In this document: positions 18,012 through 28,836 of the stretch, piece after piece
Layout of the letters: each line of letters opens with the position of its first letter
How positions within the stretch are numbered: position 1 is the stretch's first letter
Virus record (IMG/VR): IMGVR_UViG_3300044948_000587
DNA length: 64,000 nt
Direction: 5' to 3' (one strand)
Source of the DNA: an uncultured virus (IMG/VR IMGVR_UViG_3300044948_000587)
Taxonomy: Duplodnaviria; Heunggongvirae; Uroviricota; Caudoviricetes
Made by a program: the position numbers and the translations under genes
The notes under the pieces: model-generated
Databases searched by the model: none
The model's input: the letters and a program-made list of their open reading frames with translations, nothing else
What the model was told of the DNA's origin: nothing

Positions 18012-19082
18012 ATGTCAAGAAAATTACCAGAAAATTATCCTATGTACGATACGGTATATGGAAGTGAAGTACCAACCGAGCAATATTATGTTGTGTTATT
18101 CGATAGGTTACCATCAAAATATGTTAATACGTCTAACTACGACCCAATAATAAATGAATTCCTAACCTCATTGGGGTTTATTGAGGAAATTAATATTTTT
18201 TCATCAAATAGAAGATACGATTTGTCGTCACAATCATTATACGTTAATTTTGATATGAAGATGATGATTAGGATTTCAGGAAACACAAATAAAACAAAAG
18301 ATAATTTAGTACAACTTGATATTGTTTACGATATTTCACAAGGTCCATTAAGTAAACAATTAGATTTAGATAAGATTAAAACATTTGAACGAACAAAAAA
18401 GAAAGCAAATATTCAGTTAGTTAAAAGTGAAATGGGTCATTTAGATACTGAAGAATATGATTTATTAGTACCCCCAATTAATTTAAAATTAAATTATGGT
18501 GAATCATTTATTAAAGTTAATGATGCAATTGTAAAAAAATTAAATGAAAATAATGGTAAAGGAATTATTTTGTTACATGGTGATCCTGGAACAGGGAAGA
18601 CATCCTATATAAAATACTTAACAACATTAATTAAAGAAAAAGATATTTTATTTATTCCACCATCTATGGCGGAAATGTTATCCGAACCATCAATTATACC
18701 ATTCTTAATGGACCATAAAAATAGTATCCTTATTATTGAAGATGCTGAACGTGTAATTTCAGATAGAGAAGGTAATGGTTCCCCCGCTGGTGTTTCTAAT
18801 ATTTTAAATTTAACCGACGGTATATTGGGGGATTGTTTAAGTATTCAAATAGTGGCCACTTTTAACATGAAAAGGGAAAAAATAGACCAAGCTTTACTCC
18901 GTAAGGGTCGATTAATTGCGGAACATAAATTTGAAAAATTAACAGTAGAGGAAAGTAATAAACTATTAAAACACATAAAAAAAGACCATAAAGTTTCGGA
19001 AGGGTTAACATTAGCAGATATATATAATATCGATGTTGAAGTTCACAGACCAACAAAAGAAAAAAGTAAGTTAGGGTTTTGA
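18012..19082 (+). CDS. AAA+ ATPase (BCS1-like Walker B)
   Basis: LLHGDPGTGKT, IIEDAE, LNLTDG, IDQALLRKGR. Confidence 0.88.
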   Translation: MSRKLPENYPMYDTVYGSEVPTEQYYVVLFDRLPSKYVNTSNYDPIINEFLTSLGFIEEINIFSSNRRYDLSSQSLYVNFDMKMMIRISGNTNKTKDNLVQLDIVYDISQGPLSKQLDLDKIKTFERTKKKANIQLVKSEMGHLDTEEYDLLVPPINLKLNYGESFIKVNDAIVKKLNENNGKGIILLHGDPGTGKTSYIKYLTTLIKEKDILFIPPSMAEMLSEPSIIPFLMDHKNSILIIEDAERVISDREGNGSPAGVSNILNLTDGILGDCLSIQIVATFNMKREKIDQALLRKGRLIAEHKFEKLTVEESNKLLKHIKKDHKVSEGLTLADIYNIDVEVHRPTKEKSKLGF

Positions 19083-19134
19083 TTAGTCAAATAAATTTAA
19101 ATTGGTCGATATTTAATATAAAAGAAAACACAAT

Positions 19135-19440
19135 ATGGAAAATGTAACTGCGGAATACGTAAAACAACTACAATTAGAAGGAAAGAAAATTTTGGTGGAT
19201 TATTGGGCAACTTGGTGTGGACCATGTCAAGCGTTAATTCCTAGATTAGAACTATTAGAATCTGATTATCCTAATGTTACATTTGTAAAGGTTAATGTGG
19301 ATGAGAATATGGATAGTGCATTAGAATTAGGAGTAAGAACGGTACCAACTATTATGATATATGATGGTGAAAATCTTATCAATCGTTCTATGGGTGCCAA
19401 TGTTGATAGTGTTTATACTAAAATATTAGATACGTTATAA
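19135..19440 (+). CDS. trxA: Thioredoxin
   Basis: WATWCGPC active site, VPT cis-Pro loop. Confidence 0.92.
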   Translation: MENVTAEYVKQLQLEGKKILVDYWATWCGPCQALIPRLELLESDYPNVTFVKVNVDENMDSALELGVRTVPTIMIYDGENLINRSMGANVDSVYTKILDTL

Positions 19441-19441
19441 T

Positions 19442-19714
19442 ATGTCAAATAATGTTATTGTTTTTACATTAAATGGTTGTGGCCATTGTGTTGAGTTAAA
19501 AAAAGAACTTAAAAAACAACAAATAACATTTAATGAAATTGAAGTTGGTAATAATAAAGAGATATGGGATAAAGTCGTTGAACAAACAGGACATAATTCA
19601 CTACCAACAGTGTTTATAGCATTAGATGGTTCCGATGAAGGACCTGTCTATGTACCCGGAAGAGACTACGATAATCGAGATGACTTGATTAAAAAGATAA
19701 AAATTTACGTTTAA
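19442..19714 (+). CDS. Glutaredoxin/NrdH-like redoxin
   Basis: CGHC and SLPTVF motifs. Confidence 0.85.
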   Translation: MSNNVIVFTLNGCGHCVELKKELKKQQITFNEIEVGNNKEIWDKVVEQTGHNSLPTVFIALDGSDEGPVYVPGRDYDNRDDLIKKIKIYV

Positions 19715-19718
19715 CTAT

Positions 19719-19749
19719 AAGAGGATTTAAAATAATCCTCTTTTTTTTT
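19719..19749 (+). terminator. Rho-independent terminator
   Basis: aagaggatt...aatcctctt stem followed by a T9 run. Confidence 0.85.
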
Positions 19750-19796
19750 ACAAACTATCGAAATAAAAGTATTTATGTAAAAGACATTACTTTTAC

Positions 19797-22700
19797 ATGG
19801 CCTTACAAAGAATAAATTGGACACAGATTGATAGTGAGAACGTCCCTTCGGGGTCGATTATTGATTTAGGTTCATCCTCCAACCCTCTTCATGCGGTATA
19901 TGCCGAAAATTTATACATTTCCGGTGTAAGTGTATCTTCATTAATTACTTATGGTACAAGTGGAACTGGTGGAAGTGGTTCTAACGGAACGTCAGGTTCA
20001 TCAGGTTCTAGTGGTGTGGGTTCTTCAGGAACGGCCGGTTCTTCAGGAACATCAGGACAAGCGGGTACTTCAGGAACTTCGGGAACTTCAGGTGAGGCGG
20101 GAACGTCAGGTTCTTCAGGTTCTAGTGGTGTTGGTTCTTCAGGTTCTTCGGGAACTTCAGGTGAGGCGGGAACGTCAGGTTCATCAGGTTCAAGTGGTGT
20201 TGGAACAAGTGGAACTTCAGGAAGTAGTGGTACATCACCATTAGGGTTTTCATCAGGAACTTCGGGAACTTCAGGTGAGGCGGGAACGTCAGGTTCTTCA
20301 GGTTCTTCGGGGTTAGCCGGAACTTCAGGCTCTTCGGGAACTTCAGGTGAGGCGGGAACGTCAGGTTCATCAGGATCTAGTGGTGTGGGTACTAGTGGAA
20401 CTTCGGGTTCAAGTGGTACAGGTTCATCATTATCAATTACACAATCAGGAGGGTCAACATATACTGCGGTTTCAGGAATAACATTTAGTGGTGCAACAAT
20501 CGTTGACCAAGGAAATGGTAGTATTACTGTTAATATTATTGGAGGTGGAACTTCAGGTACAGGTGGTACAGGTTCATCGGGAACTTCAGGAATTGATGGT
20601 TACGAAGGACATTTAGCAATTTGGAAATATAGTGGAAACACAAACACATCTCTTGACCCTGGTACAGGATATTTTAATTTAGATTCGGCAGCTTGGGGAA
20701 CATCAACAACAAGTATCACATTAGATAATTTTGCTTATTCACCAAATACAAATTTTTCAGCTTACTTAGACGGATTAACTATAGGTACCATTTTAAAATT
20801 GGTAAAAGTAGGTGACGCATCAACATTTAAGTTATTAAAAATTGATTTAGTATCACCACTTGATAGTGGATTTGAGAATTATACTGTTAGTCAATTATCA
20901 TCAGGTGGAACAGACCCGAATGATAATGACCAATTTTTAATTATACCATTAGGTATACCAGGTTTAACGGGTACTGCCGGTACTTCGGGTTCATCAGGTT
21001 CTAGTGGTTCATCGGGTTCTAGTGGTTCTTCAGGAACGGCTGGAACTTCAGGAACTGCCGGAACATCAGGTTCTGACGGTACTTCGGGAACTAGTGGTTC
21101 TTCAGGAACAGCTGGTTCTAGTGGTTCTTCAGGTTCATCAGGAAGTACAGGTACTTCGGGAACTAGTGGTTCTGACGGTACAAGTGGCACTTCAGGGGAT
21201 TCAATTTTTACATTAACGGGTTCTAATTGGTATACTAATGAAAACGTTATAATTGACGGTAAATTAACTGTAAATGAATTGATAGTATCATCTTCAATTA
21301 CAAATATGACCGTACAATATTCTAGTGGGTCAACTAAATTTGGAGACACATCGGATGATACTCATACATTTACAGGGTCTGTTAACATATCAGGTTCAAT
21401 AGTTGCAACTGGCACGTCATTAGTTTCAGGTTCATCACAAGTTATACTTTCAGGAGTTACAGGATTTTCAGATTTTAGTAGTTCAATTTCAACATCATTA
21501 GCGGGATTAACAACAACATTAAATGATAGTAATATTTGGCAACAAACCGGTAGTTACTATTCAGCTAATCAAAATATTCAAATTACAGGTAGTGCTGGTT
21601 CATTAATGAAATCACCTGATGGAGCGACTGACGAAAAATATGCATTGGCAATTTCACAATCAATTCATGCTAGTAATATTAATGTTGGTATACCAACTTC
21701 AAATGATTGGGGTTCGAATTTAAATGGTTCTTATTTTAATAATTTTAATAAAAACACAGACGTTTCTGAAATATTGAGATTTGTTGCGGGTTTATTATCA
21801 TCTTCAGCACCTGACGCAGCACCTAATACAAAAACATATAGTACTGCAACTAGAAATATTGTTAATACAACAGCGGGTAGTGTATCAACAACAGTACCCG
21901 GTAGTGTTCCACAAAGTTCTACTAACACAACAATTACTTATTTAAATGGTAAAGGATTTGCTAACACAGGACAACCATTATTTAGTGGAATTACTATCAA
22001 TACAAACGCATCTTACGGACATACATTTACAAGTGTGTCAGCTGGGTCTACCAACGTATCATCTTCAGTTGATGCACAATTATTTGGTTTAGGTCAATTA
22101 AGTAGTGGTACACCAACAAATTTTAGAGTATCGGGTTCATTTACATTTAAATTTAAAGATAGTAGTTTAAAAACGGACACCGCAACATCAAGTTCAAATC
22201 ATTTAATAACACAAACAGGTGCTGGTACAACAAGTGGTGTTACGTTAGCAAAAATAACAACAGCAAATCCTGCGGTTATTCCAGCAGCTTATCAAGATGG
22301 TAAATTTGTTTCAGTATTTTCACCTACAATATATAATGGTGGTTTAAGTGGAATAAGTGGTAGTGGTTATTATAACATAACATCATCTATTTCAATATCA
22401 AGTGGATCTGCAACAACATATACAACCCCTGTTACAAGTGATATTGAAGTATTCTATGCTCCTCTTTCTACTATTGCAACAAACATACCGGCACAAACAC
22501 CAACATTTAGTGGTGTAAGTGTTAATGCAATATCAGCCGTTTCTCGTTCATTGAGTGGAGCGCCTTTCTTAACAAGTGCAACATATAATATTTCAGGTTC
22601 TGTTACAGGATTGTTTAATCCATTATATTATGCAGGCACTGGTATTGCAACAATAGGTGTTAGTGGAACAGGTTTAGTTGCAACATCTGGAACAAATACA

Positions 22701-23669
22701 GTATCAACATTGGGTGGTACAATACAAACATCAAATGCGGTTTATGATTCAACAGGTGTAACTGTAAGAAGTACATCTACAGTTCCTTATGAAACAGATA
22801 TTGTTAAAGTAAATGGACTTTATACATTTACAGCACCGGCATCATCAAACGTAGTTTCGGCTTCGGGTTCGACAACACCAACAACATTTACATTAACAGT
22901 TAACGGTTTAAATAAAGCTGGTACAACAAGTACAAATACGTCAACAGTATCATATCATACTGCGGGAAATTTTAGTCAACTAAGTGCGAGTGGTAGTTTG
23001 GCCTATTATGGTAGAGTACAAGGAACAGATTCAGGAACAAACTCGGGAGCGTCAAACTTAGAACCATTTACTGGTGAAAGTAATAGAATACAATTAAGTG
23101 ATAATATATTATCATTCACAGGAACAGCTTGGGATACGGCATTTGGTTTATATAATTTAGGCGAAAAAGATTTACAAGTTAAACCTGGTTTCTTAGTTAA
23201 ACCTGGCGGAGCTTACAAGTATTGGTTAGAAAATCCAAGTGATACAAGTGATTACAAATATTATGTTAGAAAAGTTACAACCAACGCAGGTGTAAAGGGA
23301 ACAATGACTTTAAACATGGGATCTACCCTTGTGAATTGGAATTCAACAACAAGTAATTCTGTTTCATGTTTAATTTTATTTGAATCAACAAAGAGTGGTT
23401 TATATACACCACCAAGATTTTTTGACCCATCAAACGCTTTAACAAACTTAGGTACGATTACTGCAAATACTGACGGAACAAATCCATTTGGTTCAAGTAT
23501 ATATGTAAATCGTTGTAACACAAGTAGTGTTTCGTCAACAACATATACAATTCCATTAATTAGTGGTGACGGTATGATACTAAATGCAACATATACGAAT
23601 ATTTATGTAATTGTAAGATACAAAGGAGACCCAACACCAATAACTTCCATAACAACAACTTTTAGTTAA
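19797..23669 (+). CDS. Large Ser/Thr/Gly-rich virion structural (fibre-like) protein with Gly-X-Ser tracts
   Basis: 1290 aa; GSS/GTS tracts, STKFGDTSDDTHTFTGS module, long S/T-rich beta-like C-terminal region. Confidence 0.7.
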   Translation: MALQRINWTQIDSENVPSGSIIDLGSSSNPLHAVYAENLYISGVSVSSLITYGTSGTGGSGSNGTSGSSGSSGVGSSGTAGSSGTSGQAGTSGTSGTSGEAGTSGSSGSSGVGSSGSSGTSGEAGTSGSSGSSGVGTSGTSGSSGTSPLGFSSGTSGTSGEAGTSGSSGSSGLAGTSGSSGTSGEAGTSGSSGSSGVGTSGTSGSSGTGSSLSITQSGGSTYTAVSGITFSGATIVDQGNGSITVNIIGGGTSGTGGTGSSGTSGIDGYEGHLAIWKYSGNTNTSLDPGTGYFNLDSAAWGTSTTSITLDNFAYSPNTNFSAYLDGLTIGTILKLVKVGDASTFKLLKIDLVSPLDSGFENYTVSQLSSGGTDPNDNDQFLIIPLGIPGLTGTAGTSGSSGSSGSSGSSGSSGTAGTSGTAGTSGSDGTSGTSGSSGTAGSSGSSGSSGSTGTSGTSGSDGTSGTSGDSIFTLTGSNWYTNENVIIDGKLTVNELIVSSSITNMTVQYSSGSTKFGDTSDDTHTFTGSVNISGSIVATGTSLVSGSSQVILSGVTGFSDFSSSISTSLAGLTTTLNDSNIWQQTGSYYSANQNIQITGSAGSLMKSPDGATDEKYALAISQSIHASNINVGIPTSNDWGSNLNGSYFNNFNKNTDVSEILRFVAGLLSSSAPDAAPNTKTYSTATRNIVNTTAGSVSTTVPGSVPQSSTNTTITYLNGKGFANTGQPLFSGITINTNASYGHTFTSVSAGSTNVSSSVDAQLFGLGQLSSGTPTNFRVSGSFTFKFKDSSLKTDTATSSSNHLITQTGAGTTSGVTLAKITTANPAVIPAAYQDGKFVSVFSPTIYNGGLSGISGSGYYNITSSISISSGSATTYTTPVTSDIEVFYAPLSTIATNIPAQTPTFSGVSVNAISAVSRSLSGAPFLTSATYNISGSVTGLFNPLYYAGTGIATIGVSGTGLVATSGTNTVSTLGGTIQTSNAVYDSTGVTVRSTSTVPYETDIVKVNGLYTFTAPASSNVVSASGSTTPTTFTLTVNGLNKAGTTSTNTSTVSYHTAGNFSQLSASGSLAYYGRVQGTDSGTNSGASNLEPFTGESNRIQLSDNILSFTGTAWDTAFGLYNLGEKDLQVKPGFLVKPGGAYKYWLENPSDTSDYKYYVRKVTTNAGVKGTMTLNMGSTLVNWNSTTSNSVSCLILFESTKSGLYTPPRFFDPSNALTNLGTITANTDGTNPFGSSIYVNRCNTSSVSSTTYTIPLISGDGMILNATYTNIYVIVRYKGDPTPITSITTTFS
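19953..21198 (+). repeat. Coding Gly-(S/T)-S triplet tracts, including a 36-nt unit repeated 4 times
   Basis: ttcgggaacttcaggtgaggcgggaacgtcaggttc at 20078, 20147, 20261 and 20333; further tracts near 20545-20600 and 20960-21198. Confidence 0.9.
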
Positions 23670-23678
23670 GAATAAGAA

Positions 23679-25097
23679 ATGTCAATAGATAATAGTAAAA
23701 AATCCCCAAGGTTACTCCAAAGTAGAAGATATACACATGATACTTTTACTGATGCTCAAGAGGCTTTTACTTCAGTATTAGACATTAATGCAAATGAAAT
23801 TTATGTTGATCAAGATTTAATACCTGTAAGTAGTGTTCCTTTTGGAACAAGTGGAGATAATTTATCAATTTATAGTTCTGGTGGTCAAGATGTAATGAAA
23901 TATTACTATCGTTACAAGATGACTAAATCCAGTACGAATACTGAGGTTTGGTTTTTTACAACAGGAACGACAGCGGGAATTGATGCTCAGTTAATTGATT
24001 CTAACCAACAAAAAAACTTCATATCACCAAAATATTCAATCCCCTCACTATCTACTGCAAACGCGGAAGACAGTCCAGCGGGTTATGGTGTTAAAGTTTT
24101 TGTTTCAACGAACTCATCTTCACCATCTGCGGGTGATCAAATATCATCAACAAAATTTGTTTTTGATTATAAGACAGGAGTTTTACAATTTGTTTTAACT
24201 GCAGATAAACCAACGGATAGTCAATATGTTTATATATCTGCATATCAATATGTCGGTAGAACATTAAAAGATTCATTAAACAATTTAGGTAGTGCGGGAA
24301 TATTCCAACAAACAGGTTCATATTATTCAACTATTAATGATATCAAAATCACAGGGTCACTTGTTACTACAGGTGATTTAACTGTTGAAGGTACATTAAC
24401 TGCGAAGACGTTAATTATTTCGTCTTCAGTAACAAACATGGTTGTTCAATACGCTAGTGGATCAACAGCGTTTGGTGACACCGTAAATGACAATCATAAT
24501 TTCACAGGTTCGGTTAATATCACTGGTTCATTAACAATTAATGGACAATCATTTAGTGCTGCAACATCAGGCACAAGTGGTTCATCAGGAACGGCAGGTT
24601 CATCAGGAACAGCAGGTTCATCGGGTACTAGTGGTTCTGATGGTTCATCAGGTTCTAGTGGAAGTTCAGGTAGTAACGGTTCATCGGGTTCTAGCGGTAC
24701 TGCGGGTACATCTGGTTCAAGCGGTATTAGTGGGGTTAACGGAACAGATGGTTCTTCAGGTTCATCAGGAGATTCAATATTTGCACAAACGGGTTCTGCC
24801 CCTTATGATTTTTGGGCAACATCTAAAAATGTACAAATCACCGGTTCATTAATCACCTCAGGTTCTGTTATTATAAGGGGTGATTTAACGGTTGAAGGTA
24901 CCACAACATTAAATCAAAAAAATGATTTAAATAGAGAATCTTTAATAGTATCAGGAGCGTTAAATATTGTTGAGAGAAGAGTTAATACAACGTTAACATC
25001 GGCCTCATTATACTTTAATAATGAACTATCAATCATTAATAACACAATATCAAATCTAACATTCTCTGGAACATTTATTGACTCAGGAGAATTTTAA
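23679..25097 (+). CDS. Virion structural protein with Gly-X-Ser tract
   Basis: FDYKTGVLQF, YISAYQYVG; shares the STAFGDT..D.HNFTGS module; GSS tract at about 24567-24770. Confidence 0.7.
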   Translation: MSIDNSKKSPRLLQSRRYTHDTFTDAQEAFTSVLDINANEIYVDQDLIPVSSVPFGTSGDNLSIYSSGGQDVMKYYYRYKMTKSSTNTEVWFFTTGTTAGIDAQLIDSNQQKNFISPKYSIPSLSTANAEDSPAGYGVKVFVSTNSSSPSAGDQISSTKFVFDYKTGVLQFVLTADKPTDSQYVYISAYQYVGRTLKDSLNNLGSAGIFQQTGSYYSTINDIKITGSLVTTGDLTVEGTLTAKTLIISSSVTNMVVQYASGSTAFGDTVNDNHNFTGSVNITGSLTINGQSFSAATSGTSGSSGTAGSSGTAGSSGTSGSDGSSGSSGSSGSNGSSGSSGTAGTSGSSGISGVNGTDGSSGSSGDSIFAQTGSAPYDFWATSKNVQITGSLITSGSVIIRGDLTVEGTTTLNQKNDLNRESLIVSGALNIVERRVNTTLTSASLYFNNELSIINNTISNLTFSGTFIDSGEF

Positions 25098-25176
25098 AAA
25101 AATAAACAGAAATAATTCTACAAAAGAATAGAAAACAATAAAAATGAACTATTTATCAATTAAACAAATCAAATAG

Positions 25177-28100
25177 ATGGCACAAATTATTAAACACAGG
25201 AGGGGTCAGTTATCCGGAATAAAAGCTTTAACCGCAAACAATGGTGAAATTATTGTTGCGTCGGGTTCAATTTCAGATTTACAAGGACCATTTATTTTCA
25301 TCGGTTCACCCGTATTACTGGATAATGGAACCGCTGGAGCCTTTAGTCCGGCCTCTAAAATATATACAGGAGCAGCTGCACCAACAATATTAAATGCGAG
25401 TTATGGTACTGCTTTAGATGGTACACCATTTTATGCTAGTGGTGACAAATCGTACTATATTTTAAATAATAGTGGTGCTGGTGGAAATACTAAATTAGAT
25501 TTAACAGGTAACATTGAAGGTAACACCATTAGTGGAGTTACTATTACCACATTAACAAGTACTAAGGGTACATTCAGTAGTCAAGTAAATGTTAGTGGGT
25601 CAATTAATGTTACAGGAAGTTTATTTATAAACGGTTCTGAATATACATCAAACTCTTCAGGTACTTCAGGTTCTTCAGGGTCTAGTGGCTCATCAGGAAC
25701 TGCTGGTACATCAGGTTCTTCAGGTTCTAGTGGTTCATCAGGAACATCAGGTTCTTCAGGGTCAGACGGTTCTTCAGGAACTTCAGGTTCTAGTGGTTCA
25801 GCTGGTACTTCAGGTTCTAGTGGTTCTTCAGGAACGTCAGGTTCTAGTGGTTCTTCAGGAACTGCAGGAACATCAGGTTCTTCAGGGTCAGATGGTTCAT
25901 CAGGTTCTTCAGGAACGTCAGGTTCTAGTGGTTCTTCAGGAACTGCAGGAACATCAGGTTCTTCAGGGTCAGATGGTTCATCAGGTTCATCAGGAACAAG
26001 TGGATCATCAGGAACATCGGGTTCTAGTGGTTCTTCAGGAACGGCTGGTACTTCAGGAACATCAGGTTCTTCAGGTTCAGATGGTTCATCAGGATCTTCA
26101 GGTTCATCAGGAACCGCTGGTACTTCAGGAACATCAGGTTCATCAGGTTCTTCAGGGTCAGATGGTTCATCAGGTTCTAGTGGTTCTGCGGGTACGTCAG
26201 GTTCATCAGGGTCATCAGGAACTTCAGGTTCATCAGGTTCATCAGGGTCAGACGGTTCTTCAGGAACATCGGGATCATCAGGTTCATCAGGAACTTCAGG
26301 TTCAAGTGGTTCATCAGGAACTTCAGGTTCATCGGGTTCTTCAGGTTCTAATGGTACAGATGGTACTTCAGGAGATAGTTTATTCGCATTAACTGGTTCA
26401 ATATGGTCTACCCAAAATCCAGTAAGAATAGTAGGAGCTTTAACCGCTTCAATGGTATCATCTTCATTCATAGGCGATGGTGCGGGTTTATATAATATTC
26501 CAGCAAGTGGTGTTACAGGTTTAGAATTAAATAAAATTGTAAACGGTGCGGTAAGTGCTTCAGTTTTATCTGACGGAACATTCAGAGTAAACGGTGATAC
26601 ATTTATTAATGGTACCATCACGGCAAGACAATTAAATATTGATTATGTAACTTCATCAATTTTATACACATCAGGTTCAACTAAGTTTGGTGATACATTT
26701 GATGATTTACATGAATTTACAGGAAGTGTAAACATAACAGGTTCTTTATTCTTAAATGGTGTAACAGTTGGAACGGGTAAACTAAATACAACTGATTTTA
26801 ACTCATATACATCTTCAGTAAATTCACAATTTGCAGGAACATCATCATTTGCGATTTCTTCATCATATGCTGTTTACGCGGAGAATGCAGTTATTGTTTC
26901 AGGTCAAACTAAAACATTAACAGTAACTACTCCATCAACAACATGGTCATTTACACACAATTTGGGTTATAAATTCCCAGCGATTAATGTTTTTGATGGT
27001 AATGATAATGTAATAGTTCCTTCAGGAATTAAAGTAAAAAATAGTAATCTATTAGAGGTATATTTTAATAGTGTTGAAACGGGTACTGTAATTGCCACTA
27101 TCGGTGGTAATGGTTCTTCTGGAACTTCAGGTTCAGGTGGTTCTTCTGGAACTTCAGGTTCTAGTGGTTCATCAGGAACATCAGGTTCTTCAGGGTCAGA
27201 CGGTTCATCAGGAACTTCAGGTTCTAGTGGTTCTTCAGGAACTTCAGGTTCTAGCGGTTCTTCAGGAACATCAGGTTCCTCAGGTTCATCAGGAACTTCA
27301 GGTTCTAGTGGTTCATCAGGTTCTAATGGTACAGATGGTTCTTCAGGTTCTAGTGGTTCTTCAGGAACGGCTGGTACATCAGGAACTTCAGGTTCATCAG
27401 GTTCAGATGGTACTTCAGGAACATCAGGTTCTTCAGGAACTTCAGGTTCTAGTGGTTCATCAGGAACATCAGGTTCAAGTGGTACTGCGGGTACTTCAGG
27501 TTCTTCAGGGTCAGATGGTTCTAGCGGTTCTTCAGGAACAAGTGGTTCATCAGGTTCTTCAGGAACAAGTGGTTCATCAGGTTCTTCAGGAACTTCAGGC
27601 TCAAGTGGTTCTTCAGGAACTTCAGGTTCAGATGGTACTTCAGGAACATCAGGTACTTCAGGTTCGTCAGGTTCTTCAGGAACTGCGGGAACTTCAGGTT
27701 CTAGTGGTTCATCAGGAACTGCAGGTACATCAGGTTCTTCGGGTTCAGATGGTTCTTCAGGTACTTCAGGTTCTAGTGGTTCATCAGGAACATCAGGTTC
27801 ATCAGGAACAGCGGGTACTTCAGGTTCTTCAGGTTCTTCAGGAACGAGTGGTTCTTCAGGTTCTTCAGGGTCTAGCGGTTCATCAGGTTCTTCAGGAGAT
27901 AGTATATTCGCTTTAACAGGTTCAGTTTGGGAGACTAATTTAAATGTTAAGTTCAACCAATCAGTAACCTCATCTATATTCACAGGTTCATTTAAAGGTG
28001 ATGGTGCAGGACTTTATAACATACCAGCAAGTGGTGTTACAGGATTACAATTAGACAAAATTGCAAGTGGAGCGGTAACAGCTTCAGTAACAGCGGCAGG

Positions 28101-28785
28101 TTTACAAGTAAATGCTAACACATCTATCACAGGTTCTTTAAGTGTAAGTCAAGATGTTAGTTTCTTATCTAATTTGTTTGTATCAGGTAACCTACAAGTT
28201 TTGGGTTCATCAACAAATGTTAATATTGAATCACATACAGTTGAAATCGGTGATAATATCATCCAAGTAAACGCTTACTCACCATTTAACAGATATGCGG
28301 GTTTATCAGCATACGATTCAGGTTCAGTAGGTGGTTCAGGTTCATTGTTATGGGATTCAACAAATGATTATTGGATACAAGTTGGTTCTAACGGACAATC
28401 AAGTAAAATGGTTGGAGTTACAGGAGGAGCATATGGTAGTGAAGCAAGTTTAACAACAAACGCAATACCAAAAGCAACTACAGGAAACACAATCGGTGAT
28501 AGTTTGTTAACTGATAATGGTACAACATTAGCATACAACACTAACAAGTTTACCGTAGCATCTTCTGACGGAGCAACGTTAATCGCGGGTAATGTTACTG
28601 TAAGTGCAGCGGGTGGTAGTGACTCTAATAGTAAAACATCAGCAGTTACATTTAGAAACTCATCAAATGTTTTAGGTTATGTATCAACAACAGTTGGTAG
28701 TGACGTAACGGATGGTTTCTTAGGATATAAAACATCAAATGGTGGTTTAGTATTCTCGAATGTAATTGACGGAGGAACATTCTAA
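25177..28785 (+). CDS. Tail fibre-like protein with two very long Gly-X-Ser tracts
   Basis: MAQIIKHRRG N-terminus (Mtd_N-like docking motif), ends IDGGTF, internal duplication GDGAGLYNIPASGVTGL. Confidence 0.75.
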   Translation: MAQIIKHRRGQLSGIKALTANNGEIIVASGSISDLQGPFIFIGSPVLLDNGTAGAFSPASKIYTGAAAPTILNASYGTALDGTPFYASGDKSYYILNNSGAGGNTKLDLTGNIEGNTISGVTITTLTSTKGTFSSQVNVSGSINVTGSLFINGSEYTSNSSGTSGSSGSSGSSGTAGTSGSSGSSGSSGTSGSSGSDGSSGTSGSSGSAGTSGSSGSSGTSGSSGSSGTAGTSGSSGSDGSSGSSGTSGSSGSSGTAGTSGSSGSDGSSGSSGTSGSSGTSGSSGSSGTAGTSGTSGSSGSDGSSGSSGSSGTAGTSGTSGSSGSSGSDGSSGSSGSAGTSGSSGSSGTSGSSGSSGSDGSSGTSGSSGSSGTSGSSGSSGTSGSSGSSGSNGTDGTSGDSLFALTGSIWSTQNPVRIVGALTASMVSSSFIGDGAGLYNIPASGVTGLELNKIVNGAVSASVLSDGTFRVNGDTFINGTITARQLNIDYVTSSILYTSGSTKFGDTFDDLHEFTGSVNITGSLFLNGVTVGTGKLNTTDFNSYTSSVNSQFAGTSSFAISSSYAVYAENAVIVSGQTKTLTVTTPSTTWSFTHNLGYKFPAINVFDGNDNVIVPSGIKVKNSNLLEVYFNSVETGTVIATIGGNGSSGTSGSGGSSGTSGSSGSSGTSGSSGSDGSSGTSGSSGSSGTSGSSGSSGTSGSSGSSGTSGSSGSSGSNGTDGSSGSSGSSGTAGTSGTSGSSGSDGTSGTSGSSGTSGSSGSSGTSGSSGTAGTSGSSGSDGSSGSSGTSGSSGSSGTSGSSGSSGTSGSSGSSGTSGSDGTSGTSGTSGSSGSSGTAGTSGSSGSSGTAGTSGSSGSDGSSGTSGSSGSSGTSGSSGTAGTSGSSGSSGTSGSSGSSGSSGSSGSSGDSIFALTGSVWETNLNVKFNQSVTSSIFTGSFKGDGAGLYNIPASGVTGLQLDKIASGAVTASVTAAGLQVNANTSITGSLSVSQDVSFLSNLFVSGNLQVLGSSTNVNIESHTVEIGDNIIQVNAYSPFNRYAGLSAYDSGSVGGSGSLLWDSTNDYWIQVGSNGQSSKMVGVTGGAYGSEASLTTNAIPKATTGNTIGDSLLTDNGTTLAYNTNKFTVASSDGATLIAGNVTVSAAGGSDSNSKTSAVTFRNSSNVLGYVSTTVGSDVTDGFLGYKTSNGGLVFSNVIDGGTF
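25655..26373 (+). repeat. Coding (Gly-Ser/Thr-Ser)n tract of about 240 codons
   Basis: 9-nt period ggttcttca/ggaacatca/ggttctagt. Confidence 0.95.
27108..27897 (+). repeat. Coding (Gly-Ser/Thr-Ser)n tract of about 260 codons
   Basis: Same 9-nt periodic units. Confidence 0.95.
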
Positions 28786-28805
28786 TAGTAAGTTTAAATA
28801 AAATT

Positions 28806-28836
28806 AAAAGGAGACCCTAAAAAGTCTCCTTTTTTT
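28806..28836 (+). terminator. Rho-independent terminator
   Basis: aaaaggagac-cctaaaaa-gtctcctttt plus T run. Confidence 0.88.

Noticed and set aside
25581..27983. Long minus-strand ORFs rich in EP/DEP/VP (also 20891-21349, 30567-30992, 31326-31892)
   Set aside because: Antisense shadows of the Gly-Ser-Ser codon repeats, which lack stops on that strand; they coincide with the tracts
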